64,000 nucleotides of DNA from NCBI GenBank assembly GCA_965112155.1, contig OZ218114.1. The stretch is one strand, 5' to 3'. The position numbers were made by a program, and so were the translations under genes. The stretch is from Podarcis liolepis. Its lineage: Eukaryota. Below are positions 1-11,940 of the stretch, piece after piece. How positions within the stretch are numbered: position 1 is the first letter of the stretch; every line of letters starts with the position of its first letter. Below the pieces are notes generated by a model. The model did no database searches and was not told where the DNA came from. It saw only the letters and a list, made by a program, of their open reading frames with translations.

Positions 1-2397
1 TTTGCAGAAGGCAGTACCAAAGTGGTTCACGCAACAATAATAAAACACAACAAATCCAAACAAAATAAGCATCAAAATGAATCCTATTAAAGAAAGCCTG
101 GATGAACAAGTATGTCTTCTGTTGGTGGTGAAACCTCTGCCCAGAGGGTGGCATATGCCACTTGCATTTTCAGACTGCGGGATTAGAATATATTTGGCAC
201 CCCTGTTAGTGAGGAAAGGGTGATCTTGGAGCATAGCAATACATTCTCTTGTTTTCTTTTTCATAACCGACACTAAGCTGCAAACCTTGGCTTGGGTTTC
301 CCCCTCCTTTGGTACCGCCAGTGCAATGGGGCTACAGAAGAAATTGCACAGCCCACTCATCTGCTGCCTGATGTCCAGATTGCAGCAGCCTTTTGAGTCC
401 ACGCCATGCCTTTCAGAGAAATAGCACTTGTAAAATCAGGTGTAATTGTCTTACGCTCTCAATAGCTTTTTGGACTCGCAATCAGAACAAGGTGTAGCCC
501 TCCCAATCACCGTTTCAAGCACACCAGCTGACCGTTCTGTTAGGTTGCAGGCAGGCAGCGGCCTGAAGTGGTGCCGAGAAAGGGGTACCTAAGCATTGGC
601 ATCTCAGTGGTGTATCAGAGGCCACATCTCCTCCAATAAGCCTCCATGGAGAGGATGAGGAGAGGCAGTCCTTGAGGAAGGGGGGGGGATGCTAAAGAAC
701 CGGGACGTTATCCGCCGCTTCACAGTTCACGTGTGACCTGACCCGGCCATTCCCTTTCCAGCACCTGCCTCTGTGATCAAGAGAGCCGCGCCAATGAATG
801 CACAGTCACAGCGAACGATTTTCTCACTTTGGTGTACTTAGTATGAGATGGAATTTCAGCAGGAAGTGGCTTGTAATAAAAGAGAAGGTATTAGCAGGAA
901 AAATTCAAATTATCTACAGAGGTATTTCAAGGCAGTGAGCTAATTATTGTTTGCTCAAAGTCCTGAATATGCAGACACGCTAACGTTTCAACAAAAGAGA
1001 GGCGGGGGACGGGGGAAAGCTAAATCGGGAAGAGACCTTTATTATGGCAACATAGCAAATTTGGCACCCGTTTTTGGAGTCTCTTCCCTCTCCCCACCCC
1101 CCGGCTTAGAAACTATGAAGAACACTTAACAAGACCTGTAAGGAGAGTACTAAGTTAAGGTCTAGAGTCAGATGTAACAGCAGAGCATCCTTTTTTTAAT
1201 GAGAAAGAGCAGAGGCCTCCCTTAGGATCATCCCGCCCCCCCCCCCTTCCAGCGCATTATGGGGAGGAAAAAAGAAGCTTCCATTTGGAGTTTGCAACAA
1301 TATGGCAGATGTTTGTTCTGACCCTACCAGAGTTCTCCAACCAGGATAAATTGCATACCGGAAGTGGAAGCTTCCAGTCTTCTCCCTTGCATATGAAGGA
1401 AATGGGAGGAAGGAGCACGCCAGCCCAAGTTTCATGCCTACTCATTCTCAAAACAGCCATCGATGGTCGCTTCCAACATGTCTTGTTGTATCTGCAAAAT
1501 GCTCCTCCACCACCTGGCCTCAAAGCAGTGGCCTTTGATTCCTGCAGCTACAGAGGGCCACACAATGAACAGGGACTTGTGGTTTGATTCTTGCGTTGTT
1601 CCTCTCCAACTTTGCTATAATTTCAGGAATGCCTGTTTAGTGTTGAGAGACAAATAAGCCACATATTAACTCTTCTATGCAGGGTAAATTCCAGGCATCA
1701 GAGAAAAATCTACTGTGAGGGCAATGGTCAAACAAAACAGGATAAGAAGAGGGAGGGAAGTATAGTTATGTGCTGAATTTGGAGTGCCTTTGCAAGCCAT
1801 TCAGGATGTTTCTAACTCATATGCACATTTGGGAGCAAAATGGGAGAGGAGAAGGGAACTTTAAATTGGTACAGTAAACCTTTCCTTAGATGACTGAGCT
1901 TTGTGTCTGCCACAGCCCCTTGAATGTGGTAATCGCAGTGTTTGCAAGGATAGATTTTGTCCGCATACCTGCCTAGCTATTGTTCTCCACCCGTCAGTAA
2001 TTCCATTAGAAGCAGAGCCTCCTGCAGCGCAATTTCACTTTGTTGGAAGTTAGCATGCGAGATCTCCGCCTGACAAGTCTGACCTATTTAACTTAAGGTT
2101 TTATGAGCATTTCATTTAAGCTGAGCTTTTCGTGCGGCTGCTCAGCTGAAATTATGGATTTGGGTTTTGTTTTGTTATTCGCATCGATGCCACTGTGAGA
2201 ACTTTGAGAACTTAGCGAGTGGTTTCATTTGCTGTTTCAATGAATGGCTGCCTAGTGGAAACCAAAAGTTGGCTAAACATGCCCACTCCAGGCTGGGTGG
2301 TGGGTTGCTGGAACATGGTGCAAGCATGCCTGTGAAACTGAAGACAATTGTCTCTCACCTGCATAGTCAGAAGCCTAGGAGCATCTGGTGCCTCTGA

Positions 2398-2443
<46 letters not shown>
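2398..2443. repeat. (ATT)n microsatellite
   Basis: About 15 perfect units. Confidence 0.95.
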
Positions 2444-4975
2444 GCCTTAACTAATCATGACTAGGATGTGGGAGGCGGGACACTGGCTTGAAAACAATCC
2501 TGAAGACACCTTTTCTGTATGCCCCTTAGAGGGGTTATTTTTAACAAGTGGTATAAAATGTTGTAATATATAAGCCATGCAATGCAAGGAAACCTGTGAG
2601 CTAAATGAATAGACCTGCAGTTATTTTCAATCTCCTCTTGCTCTCATGTTTGGAAGCTGTTAAAATATGCCCTTCTCAGCAGCAAAGTGTCTGGATGTTT
2701 GTGGTTCTCTTCTTTTGTCACGAGTTGCTTCACATAGAAGGAGAAGTGGGATGCACATTGCTTTTAAAAAAACAAACAAACAAAAACAACAACGTACCAA
2801 GACTGTCCATACCCCATGAACAAGCCCCATCAAAGTCTGAGAATTGCACAGGCCAATGGTTCCCATCCATTTCATCTGGACTTGTGCTGAAGATGTTCCT
2901 AGCTGAGTAGGCATGCCTTGTCTCCCTGGTTTTGACCTCTGATGCTCCCAGGTAGGACCACGGTCACACATTCCTAAACGTGACTATCTTGCTATGGTTA
3001 TGGACGGTACTTTCCTATGGTGGAAAAGTCCTCAGAAATCTGGCTTTCTGTGTGTGTTGAGGAAGATGCTTCCAAAGGACACCCGAGATGTGCAGGATCT
3101 TAGGTGTCCCCAAGCACCCTGTAATGTGAAATGGAATATCGCCTTAATGCCAGGAGAACAAAGCTGAAACTGATGTGTGTCTGCTGGAAGGGCACATAGC
3201 CATAGCTGCCTTTGCACTTGGGTGGCAGTCACAAGCCAGTTAGTTATGCCATGGGATTGGACTGGTGCAGCAGATTGGTTTGCCCCCAATGGTGGCTGAT
3301 CCACTGTATACTCACAACTCCTTATGTTGCTTGAGAAGGAAGCTGTGGGTAAATGTAATTTTAAAAAGGGAAATGGAGCATCAAAATACATTAAGGCATC
3401 ATTAAGGGCTTGAGCTAAACAAACAGGAGAAGGGGAAAGCTCAGTCTTGCATGCTGTTTTTTTTGTGTGTGTGTGTGTGTGTGTAAAATCCCTTGCCTTT
3501 GTAGTACCTTCCTCCTTCCTTTGTTATGTAACACTAAGGGGAAGGCAGACAGGCACAGCTGAATTTTTAAGCCCCAGGAGAAGTAATGCAGAGTTAAGTC
3601 ATAATTAATGGAACACAGATATTTATAATGTCTACATGCATGTTTATAAAAATATATACCCAGGGAAGCTGCTGTAACCTCTGTTTGTTGTTCATAACCA
3701 AGAGAATTCCCTGTGCTCAATTATGTTTAACAAAAAAAGAGAAAGAAATAGAGGGAGGAAGGAGGCTAGCCATATGTGGGTACCTCGTGCTTTAATAATC
3801 TGTTTGCTTCTGGTGAGTGCAAATATTAATTGCAATAGTATGCAGTGAAGTGATTAACATCAATATAATTTATCATCTGGAGATTTCTGAACATAAATAA
3901 ATGAGTTGTTTTGTTCAGCGAGGTGTTGACCCTTTCAGAATATGTGATTTAAAGGGGTTTTATATTATTATTACTATTATTGTAAATATGAAAGGCACTA
4001 CGATCAGCCGAGTGTTCAGTTATTTGATTTTCTGGAGCATTAGCCACTCTTGTTTGTGACATTTCCCAGTTGGGTGCTCGTTTGCGAGCTCATTAATAAG
4101 GCTTTCTCTGAGGAATGTTGCTGCAAATGAAGAACAGTATAGCAGAGTCTGGCCCTGTGAGCATAACTCCCAGTCACAGCGAGTGTGCTGTTAAAGGGTT
4201 TAAAATGGGAAATAATTACACCCTGGCCTAAACCCAGAGGCCCCTGTTCTTTGCTGTGAATAAAAAGGGAAGCTTTTGTGCTTTGGAACAAAAAGAAAGA
4301 AAGAAAAAAGAAAGAAACCTAATATTTTGGTGCAATCCTTTTTCGGTACCAAAATGGATTCTTTCATGATTTGGGCCTCTCCCTTTGTTGGCTGGGCTTG
4401 GTTTCCCCCCACCCTCTTCTCTCAGCTGTGTTACACCAAACAGTAATGCAAAGTATAATTGGTAGCAAAAGGCTGTAAGATTTATAGTTCCTAACAGACT
4501 GTTTTAACAGGAACATCCAAACAAAAAGAGAGAACATGAAAACTCATTCTGTACATAGCGATTCAGGATTTACTCTTTTTTCATCTTGAAACATGTATCA
4601 CTGTGCGAGAGAATAAGAGAACGGTGCAATTGTGTAAGAGGAATGTGGTGCTTCCTAGCCTTTACGTTTCATACCTGAATAGTAATGCTAGGTTAGATTA
4701 TTTTTATTTCCTTTCTTACCCACCCACCTAACCACTGCAGCCTGTTGTTCATTCTAGGTTTGAATTGGAAGCGGCACTAGCCCAGAGCATACCTCTGTGT
4801 CAAGTGGATGCAGTGAGTAATCCCTGGCCCTGCCACAGAGGACTTGGGGACACATCTCATGGCTCAAGTGACTACTTAAGTTGCTTGTGTAGTCTGGCTG
4901 TCCTTCCTTGGGAGGTTCCATCCTAGGTTGGAGCAGCTTCCTCGGCCACCGAGGAAATGGCACAACCCAGGAAAA

Positions 4976-5100
4976 GGACTGTAGCTCAGGGGCAGAACAT
5001 CTTGCATGTGGAAGGTCTCAAGTTTAATCCCTGGCTTTCCCAAGTAGGACTGGGACTGTCCCCATCTGAAATCCCGGAGAGCAACTGCCAGTCTATTTGG
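4976..5100 (+). mobile_element. tRNA-derived SINE, degraded partial copy
   Basis: A-box-like tgtagctcaggggcagaac, B-box-like gtttaatccc, body gtaggactggga...ctgaaatcccggagagcaactgccagtc shared with the copy at 61120. Confidence 0.7.
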
Positions 5101-6189
5101 GTCATCAGGTATCTGTTGCAAGCACCACATGGCACTTGAACCCCAGAATAATCAATCCAGCTGCCCAGATAGGATGAGAGGTCAGCCATGGTTCTATTTC
5201 CTGAGCAACTGCGCATTGTAGTCCTTGCTTCCAAATGAATTTGTTACCTCTCATTGCTAAGTGACGTGCTGGACATAGCATCCTGGGACAAGCAAGCTGC
5301 CTCGGGGCCCCATAGATTACTCTGAGATCCCATAGGTTGCTATGGGATCCTTGGTCTGCTAACATTCCATAAAAATCCATGAGATCCACAGCTGAGTATT
5401 TGGGTTCCATTGATTTCAGGGGGGCATTTGCGAGCCTGTCTTCTCTGGGTTGTTCCACTTCCCAACGCTGCGTGCATTAGAAATTGTGCCATTTCAGAAA
5501 AGCAGGCAGGCAACTTGCTCATAACAGTGAAAGAAATGTCCTTAACTGGGTTCCGAGGGCAGCCAGAACTGCAAGGCTGCCCACCGTCCGACACGCCTCC
5601 CGAGATGTCATCAGATTCCACACATGCCTTCTATTTGAATAGGCTGCCACATTTCCTTACGGTATTGTACAGGCCTATGCAGCTGCATGGACATTGAAAA
5701 AACGGCTGCAATGAGGCAGAGGCAAGAGAGAGACACAGAGAAAGCCGTGATGGGAGATAGAGGCTCAGAGGACTGTGGTGCGTTCCTCTGGCCATCTATT
5801 GGAAGATGTGTTTCTGCAGCTTAGCCCACAGCAATCCAGTCAGCTGCCCCCTAGCCAGTACATGGGTTATTCACCGTGTCCCCTGTCCCACCCAAACAAA
5901 GCCTCTGGGAAGGAGAATATCCACTGAGGCAATTTTGATGTAGTGACATGTGTCATGGGTTGTTCAATAATATGGGGCAGGACTAAAGCCAGGAAATCGC
6001 AGTGACTTTACCCCCTTTCTGTAAAGAAACTTTTAAGGTGCAATTCAAACTCACTTTACCTGGGATTAAGCCCCATTTAATTCAATAAGACTTGCTTCTC
6101 GGTAGGATTGTGCTGTAATTCACTAAAACCAATTTTCTCTGCCTAAAAAGCAGAGAAAAAGCGAGATTCAGTTTTCCTGATGCATCCTC

Positions 6190-6685
6190 ATAGGAAAAAC
6201 ATCGGCAGTGCCCTTCTATTGAGTCAGAGCATTGGTTCACCTAGTCCAGTAATGGGGGTCTGGGAGAGGATTTTCTCTGTGGCCTCCCGTAATTGTTGAA
6301 TGTCCTCCCCATAGAGCTGTGTCTAGCTAGACTCTATCACTGTCATTATTCAGCTTCCATTATTGGCTGAAGATTATCCTTTTTACCCTGGCATTGGACA
6401 TTTAACGTATTTTGTGGGACCAATCTCTTCTGTTCTGGTTGACCTGCACTGCGCTGCTTTTGTTTGGAATTGTTTGGCTTGGTTTTAATTGCATGAATAT
6501 ATTTGTTGCAATCCACTCTAGGACCTTATGTTGAAAGGTAAGAAATCTTATAAATAAACAATATTGCCTGCACTGACTGGCAGCCACTGTCCTCTGCTTT
6601 AGACAGGATCTCTCCTAACCCTACCTTAGAGATGTTGGGCACTGAACCTGGGACCTTTTGCAGGTGCTCTACCCCTGAGCTATGG
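6190..6685 (-). mobile_element. tRNA-derived SINE (same family as 4976 and 61120), split by an insertion at about 6254-6558
   Basis: Reverse-complement tail (gagtcagagcattggttcacctagtccagta, 6221-6251) and body/head (gcactgactggcagcc...gaacctgggacctt...ctgagcta, 6570-6681) are collinear with the 61120 copy. Confidence 0.6.
6254..6558 (+). mobile_element. Degraded LINE (L2-like) 3' end
   Basis: Decayed RAFSV...WNxLP-type coding sequence, T-rich 3'UTR and gaaagg...ataaataaa terminus resembling other L2 tails in the window. Confidence 0.4.
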
Positions 6686-6694
6686 TGTTTCTGC

Positions 6695-7320
6695 TTTCGA
6701 TTCCATTTATCACTCTTTCCCCTTGCCTTCCCCCAATGGTCTTGGTTTTCTTAGTACTGTTCTTCCTTGGTTTCCCTCTTATTTTGTGAACTGTAGTTAC
6801 CTTGTATTGGTTAATGGTTCTTTTTCTTTTTTTCTTTCCCCAATTGGGGTTCCACGAGTTTCAGCGCTGGACCCTTTGCTTCTCATTCCCATTCCTTTAT
6901 GGTCTCTTATTCACTCCTTTGGTATGTTGCCATGTCTATGCTGATGATATTCAGTTATTCTTTACTATCTCTGATCTGTCGTCTTGTTTAAATCTTTGAT
7001 CTTGTCTTGCTATTTCTTCACAGCTGTCTGCTTGTTCTTTAAAGCTAAATCTTTCAAGGACAAAATTTCTTATTTTTCCCCCCTTTGGACTTTTCCCTTC
7101 CCGTCTGTTTTTGTCAATGATGCAACTATTTTTCTTTCCTTTCAAATCAAAGATATTGCTCCTCTTTTTTTTTCCTTCTGTGATTCCATCTTTAGCCAAG
7201 CCTTTTCAAGCCTTTTTCAGTTGTCTAATATTGATAAGATCCTCCCCCCACCCTGTTATTTCTGCCCATTGTTCCATCTGTGTTCTCATTTTGCCCAGAT
7301 TGGATGATTGTAAGAGTCCT
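6695..7320 (+). mobile_element. Ancient L2-clade LINE reverse transcriptase relic
   Basis: Frameshifted RT motifs: GVPRVSALDPLL (GVPQGSVLGPLL-like) in ORF 6723 and CHVYADDIQLF (YADD) in ORF 6802. Confidence 0.75.
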
Positions 7321-8544
7321 TAGGTAGTCTTCCCATTTTAAGCTTCTTGTTTCTTAATTTGATTTTTTTCTTCCCCTGCCCCATCTTATTTATTTTTTTC
7401 GACATGCAAATACGATCATGCATCTCTGCTTATGATGTTGCCTTTTTTCCCTTTTCACATTCAATTTAAGATTATGTTACTTCCCTCTAGCGCCTTTCAT
7501 TTCTGATTTCTCTGTAGTCTCTTTTGGGGTCTTTGTTGCTTCTTACATCACATCTCTTCCTTTGATTCATGCTTTGGTTCTTCTTTTCCTTATCTACGAA
7601 ACTCTTTACCAGCTGATATGTGATTAATTTATTCTCTTCTTTTTTTAGCAAATGCCTTAGGACTCGCTTATTTTTGCATTTGGCCTGCTCCGGTTTTTTA
7701 GTACTAGTGCCTCTGTGTGTATGTGTGTGTGTGTATGTGTGTGTGTGGTTTTGGGCGCGCCAGTTAAGCACTTCACAATTAATCAATATTATTTTCTCTC
7801 CTCTTCCTTTATTTGTGGTTGGTAACTGTGCAGGAGTAAAGGGCATCAGGACCAGCATGACATTCCTGTTGAAGGGGAAAGAGGGAGGGTTTGACTTTCA
7901 TTTGCTCATGAAATTCAAATATGGGTTATAAGGCTGTGAGGTACAGGGACGGAAAAAAACCATTCCTCATCTAATATTCTGACATGAAACATGAAAAGTT
8001 TTATGTGGTCAAGCCAGCACAGGCTGATATTGACTGTTATCTCCCAAGAATGTGAAGAGAGCAGGCATTCTATGCCTCCGGAAATGTGTGCTGCACAGTC
8101 TTAGCCTGTACTGAAAATATGTGCAATTTTATTTTGTGCTAAAAAAAGAGAGGGGGTGTTCATCAAGCACTTAATGGGCTCTACCCTAACTCCCACTCCC
8201 CAAAAAACCTGGTTGTTGCTATTTAATCTTGTGTATGTCACTCTTTCTAGACCATATGAGAAAATAAAGGTACTTTATTAAACTATGTCAGATTGTGGAG
8301 TTAACTATCTGGATGTATGGATTTGTGTTTTCTCTTAACGTGTGTGGCTGACCCAAGACTCACGGGCATCCAAGGCAGAAAATCCAGATAGCATTTGTCT
8401 ATGTCACTAACCAACGGCCCACAAGTCGTGTCATTATTTCTTATCTGTGGGGATTGCATAATGATTGGCCCTATTGAACTCCCAGTGCCTTCTAAAAAGG
8501 CAAATAAATTTTGTTTTCTGAAAGCATTCTATGAATTTTGTTTT

Positions 8545-8672
8545 CTGAAGGCAGCCCTGTATAGGGAAGTTTTAAATGTTTGATGTCTTACTGTGTTTTT
8601 ATATTTTGTTGGCTGGGGCAACCCAATCAGATGGGCAGTTGTTTGTTGTTGTTGTTGTTATCATTATTATTT
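8545..8672 (+). mobile_element. Short 3' terminal fragment of the L2-clade LINE also seen at 17634
   Basis: ctgaaggcagccctgtatagggaagttttaaatgtttgatg and ggctggggcaaccca...agatgggc nearly match 17858-17965; simple-repeat tail. Confidence 0.75.
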
Positions 8673-9860
8673 TCTAGTCTGTTCCCTCTGTCTTAATAAT
8701 AAAATAACCAGTCAATCCTTATTGTAAAATGATTCTAAACATTATAAAATAAACATTATAAGCATTATAAAATAATACTTGTTGAGTACGTCGTAATTAG
8801 TGCAAATGTCTTCTTAACCTTGTTTATATCCCAGGATGAGAAGCAATGGTAATATCACTAGTAGAATAGATAAATTAATAAATAATATAAAAATGTATTC
8901 TAAGCTGTTCTTTATTTCAGATTTTTGAGGGGGGGGGGTTTTCCCCGCCGTTAGATGTAACTAACTTCTCTTACCTGCCGCCACCACCTTCAGATATTAC
9001 AGTCTTGCATTCAGTTCTTTCATTTAGTGCAGATTTGCTGCCAATTCCAGGAATTGGATGTGGGATTGTGTGTAAATCAAAATGGATAAAGCGGCGCTCA
9101 ATTGGCTGCCTTGAGCTGATAGCGTTCTGGTTAGATTGTTTGTTGCTCCGCATGTGCCGTTGTCGAAGGCAATGGACTTTGTAACTGCGGACTTGGGCTC
9201 TTGTTCCTACAGGGTCTTTCCAAAGGATTTCTGAGCTGCCTCCCTGAGTGCAAAATGCCTTTAATCCCTCGGTGTGTTTGTGTTTGGGGATTTACGAGAT
9301 TCATCGGCACGAGCAGAAGTCTCTGCTTTGTTCCAACAAAAGGCAGCGGCCTGGCATTTCTTCCCTTAAGCTTTTGCTAGCACAAATGCACCCATCGGAG
9401 CCTTGGCGTATTAATATGCCACGGCACAAAGTATTGTCAGCCCATAAAATATGATACATGATAAAATGTATCAATTCTGAGCGCCACAAATCTGCCGTTT
9501 CACCTCAGCATGAAGGCAAATGAGTTTCCTTTAGCTCGAGTGAGTTCAGAGATAAACTTCAATTTAACAAAATTTCATTTTGCAAGAACCAGTGGGGCTG
9601 CTGCCCTTGGTGTGCGGATTCCTTATCAGTGCGTTAGGCTTTGGAGGCTATTAGTCAACTTAATTTGGGAAAATGCCAGGATAATTTGCTGATTAGACGG
9701 GTGCAGTGGAGAGGGGCAGGAGGGTGAAGCTGTGTCAGTACAAAGTTTTTGTTTCACAATCTGTTTAAATGCGCGCACACGCGGTTGCTTGATATCATTC
9801 GAATGTTGTTTTGTACGCAGACGTATAAATTGATGTTTGTATTGTGTGTTTGATGTGCAG

Positions 9861-9960
9861 ATAAGCCTGAAGTGCAAGTCCTGCAGAACTCCCCTGCGCA
9901 GCCTCTAACGAGAGAAGGAGACCTCCTCGACCTTCTGTGCCAAGTGAAGGGCAAACCAGA
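9861..9960 (+). CDS. CADM1: CADM1 exon 6 (first half of Ig-like domain 3): (Y)KPEVQVLQNSPAQPLTREGDLLDLLCQVKGKP(E)
   Basis: Flanked by tgtgcag| and |gtaagt; 100 nt, phase 1 to phase 2; translation resembles human CADM1 YKPQV...[12 protein letters not shown]...GKPQ and joins in frame to the next exon. Not present in the ORF track. Confidence 0.93.
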
Positions 9961-10164
9961 GTAAGTGGAGGACCTGAGACTCTGTCAGAACATGCCCATC
10001 CACGTTACTGGGCTGTTCGAGGAGAGTGCCTGACTCCTTCTGGTCTTTTTCTTGAGCATGTTCAGCACCCAGTCCTGTTCTCCTGCATTGGTATGACATT
10101 GCATGTCTGAAGCACAAGGCCATGAGAAAGCACCTGCAGCCATGGGGAACCCCATGGGGAACCT

Positions 10165-10285
10165 GGGGTGGTGGGAACCTGTGGCTCTCCAACTCCCATC
10201 AGCCCCAGCCCATGTGTCCAGTGGTCAGTGGTGATGCGAGCTGGCATCCAGCCACACCCAGAGGGCTGCAGATCCCCCACCCTTG
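10165..10285. mobile_element. Degraded palindromic MITE (family of 34891)
   Basis: Core aactcccatcagccccagc...ggtgatgcgagctg with imperfect terminal inverted repeats. Confidence 0.5.
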
Positions 10286-10753
10286 GTCCACTTCCACTCT
10301 TCGACTAGCAGATAGGTTTGTATGGCTGCAGAAACTTGGAAGTGCCCAAAGGAAACATTGGCCGCAGTCAGACTGCAGATAAAATGCTAAGGAAAGTTAT
10401 CTATTTGAAATTGCTAGGGGTGAGATTCTAGAAAATATAGGTCTCCCCCCACCAATACTAAATAAGAAGGGCTTTGCCCTTACATTTTCCCTCTCCTCTG
10501 ATTTTGTTTTCCACGGTGAACACAGCTTAGATTTCGTTCAGTTTTAAGTTGACCTTCCCCTCCAGTATTTTCCTTCTTTGCTCCTGAGCCTGCCCTTTTT
10601 CAGTGTCTGTTTTAACACGTGAACCCTAACAGAGACATATCTGATCAATATGCTCCTCTTTTGAAATTTTTAGCTACAGAAGACTGATCCTTTCCTCTCA
10701 CCCCAGGCTCAGTCACTTTTTATCCATCATCTTTTACTATGAATTCAGATCTA

Positions 10754-10843
10754 GGGCTGAAATCCTAATGTATGCTTACGTGAGAGTAACTCCCCTTGAA
10801 CTTAGTAGAGCTGACTTCCAAGTAAATGCATAGGATTGAACTG
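10754..10843. repeat. Short (~90 bp) imperfectly palindromic interspersed repeat, unclassified; related copy at about 6036-6115
   Basis: aatccta...gcttac...agtaa...ccc.ttgaa...gacttc...agtaa...taggattg pattern occurs twice in the window. Confidence 0.5.
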
Positions 10844-11435
10844 TGCGCTGCTTTCCCTCAGCTTTTCTTTTTTCTGTTTAACTGTTGTATCTTGCAGAGC
10901 CCTTTTATTCCTGCGTGTGGTATATTATCCTTCACTTGGTATGTGTAAAGCTTTGCATATTGTGGCTTTAAACTTGTTTTTCCAAATCCTGTGTGAGAAG
11001 AGGAAGAGAGAGGGGATGATTGCTCACTTGGAAATTATGTCTCTGGTGTTCTTTGCAATTCAGAAAGCCAAAGGAAACCGAGGACATTATGGACTGATTT
11101 ACCTTAGTTATGTCTCTCTCCAACAAACGTTTTGCGTTGCTTCCAGAAGATGCTAAGACTTTGATGGAAAAGAATTTCAGAGCTGAGAAATAATACCCAA
11201 GCATCCTCCTGTGTGCGCCCCCACAAAGAAAATGCTGAGCCTCCCTGCTTTTCCAATTGCATATTCTCTCTCTCACTCTCTTTCTCCCTGCCCATTAAAG
11301 TTGGATATTTGTTACTGAACTCAACTATATCACAGGAAGAAAGAAATGCTACTTATGACAGTGACTTAACATGCAAGTTAAAGGGTTAGTAATGCATTTG
11401 GGGTTATTGTTTTGTTTTGTCTTCTCCTTGCTTAG

Positions 11436-11608
11436 GCCTACAGATGTGTCATGGTTAAGAGTAGACGACGAGATGCCTCAACACGTTATAGTGTCAGGTT
11501 CAAACCTCCACATTAACAGCCTAAACAAAAGCGATAACGGCACATACCGCTGCAAGGCTTCCAATGAAGTGGGGATGTCCTTTTCCGATTACACACTTTA
11601 TGTATACG
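11436..11608 (+). CDS. CADM1: CADM1 exon 7 (second half of Ig domain 3): [57 protein letters not shown]
   Basis: Polypyrimidine tract plus cttag| acceptor, |gtacgt donor; 173 nt; Ig motifs W and D-x-G-x-Y-x-C; CADM1 signature RVDDEMPQH; N-glycosylation sequons NKS and NGT; contained in ORF 11371..11616. Confidence 0.97.
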
Positions 11609-11934
11609 GTACGTGAGACAAACACACCCTTCTTCCAGATGTCTTTATGCTGAATTGCTGTCAAATATTCTGGGCAGGGGCTTGTGGGGAGGGGGTGGAA
11701 TAAGAAAGCAGTTTGATGGAGAAAGCAGCCTCTGATAACTCGGCACGTTAAGTGAGTGGGTTGTTTAAAACACACACAGAAAACCCCAAACCAAGCCTGT
11801 TTACTTCTGTCTTCTTTCCCCCATCTGATTCAGACTGTGTTTTCTTCCCATGTCAAGTAAGCAACTACTGCCTGCACTGTCATTAAGTGCTGGCTTGGAG
11901 AAGGGGAGTTGCCAGATGCAAAGAGGGGCAGGGC

Positions 11935-11940
11935 AATAAA
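11935..11940 (+). promoter_or_regulatory. Candidate intronic polyadenylation signal for the soluble (intron 7 read-through) isoform
   Basis: AATAAA about 320 nt downstream of the read-through TGA at 11614-11616, followed by tcctgtttcatttc. Confidence 0.35.

Noticed and set aside
520-800. Purine/GC-rich stretch after ttgcag as possible CADM1 exon 5
   Set aside because: No frame resembles the expected Ig2 sequence; exon 5 is probably upstream of the window.
8507-8549. 16-bp direct repeat aattttgttttctgaa
   Set aside because: Small local duplication at the junction of an L2 fragment; no evidence of function.
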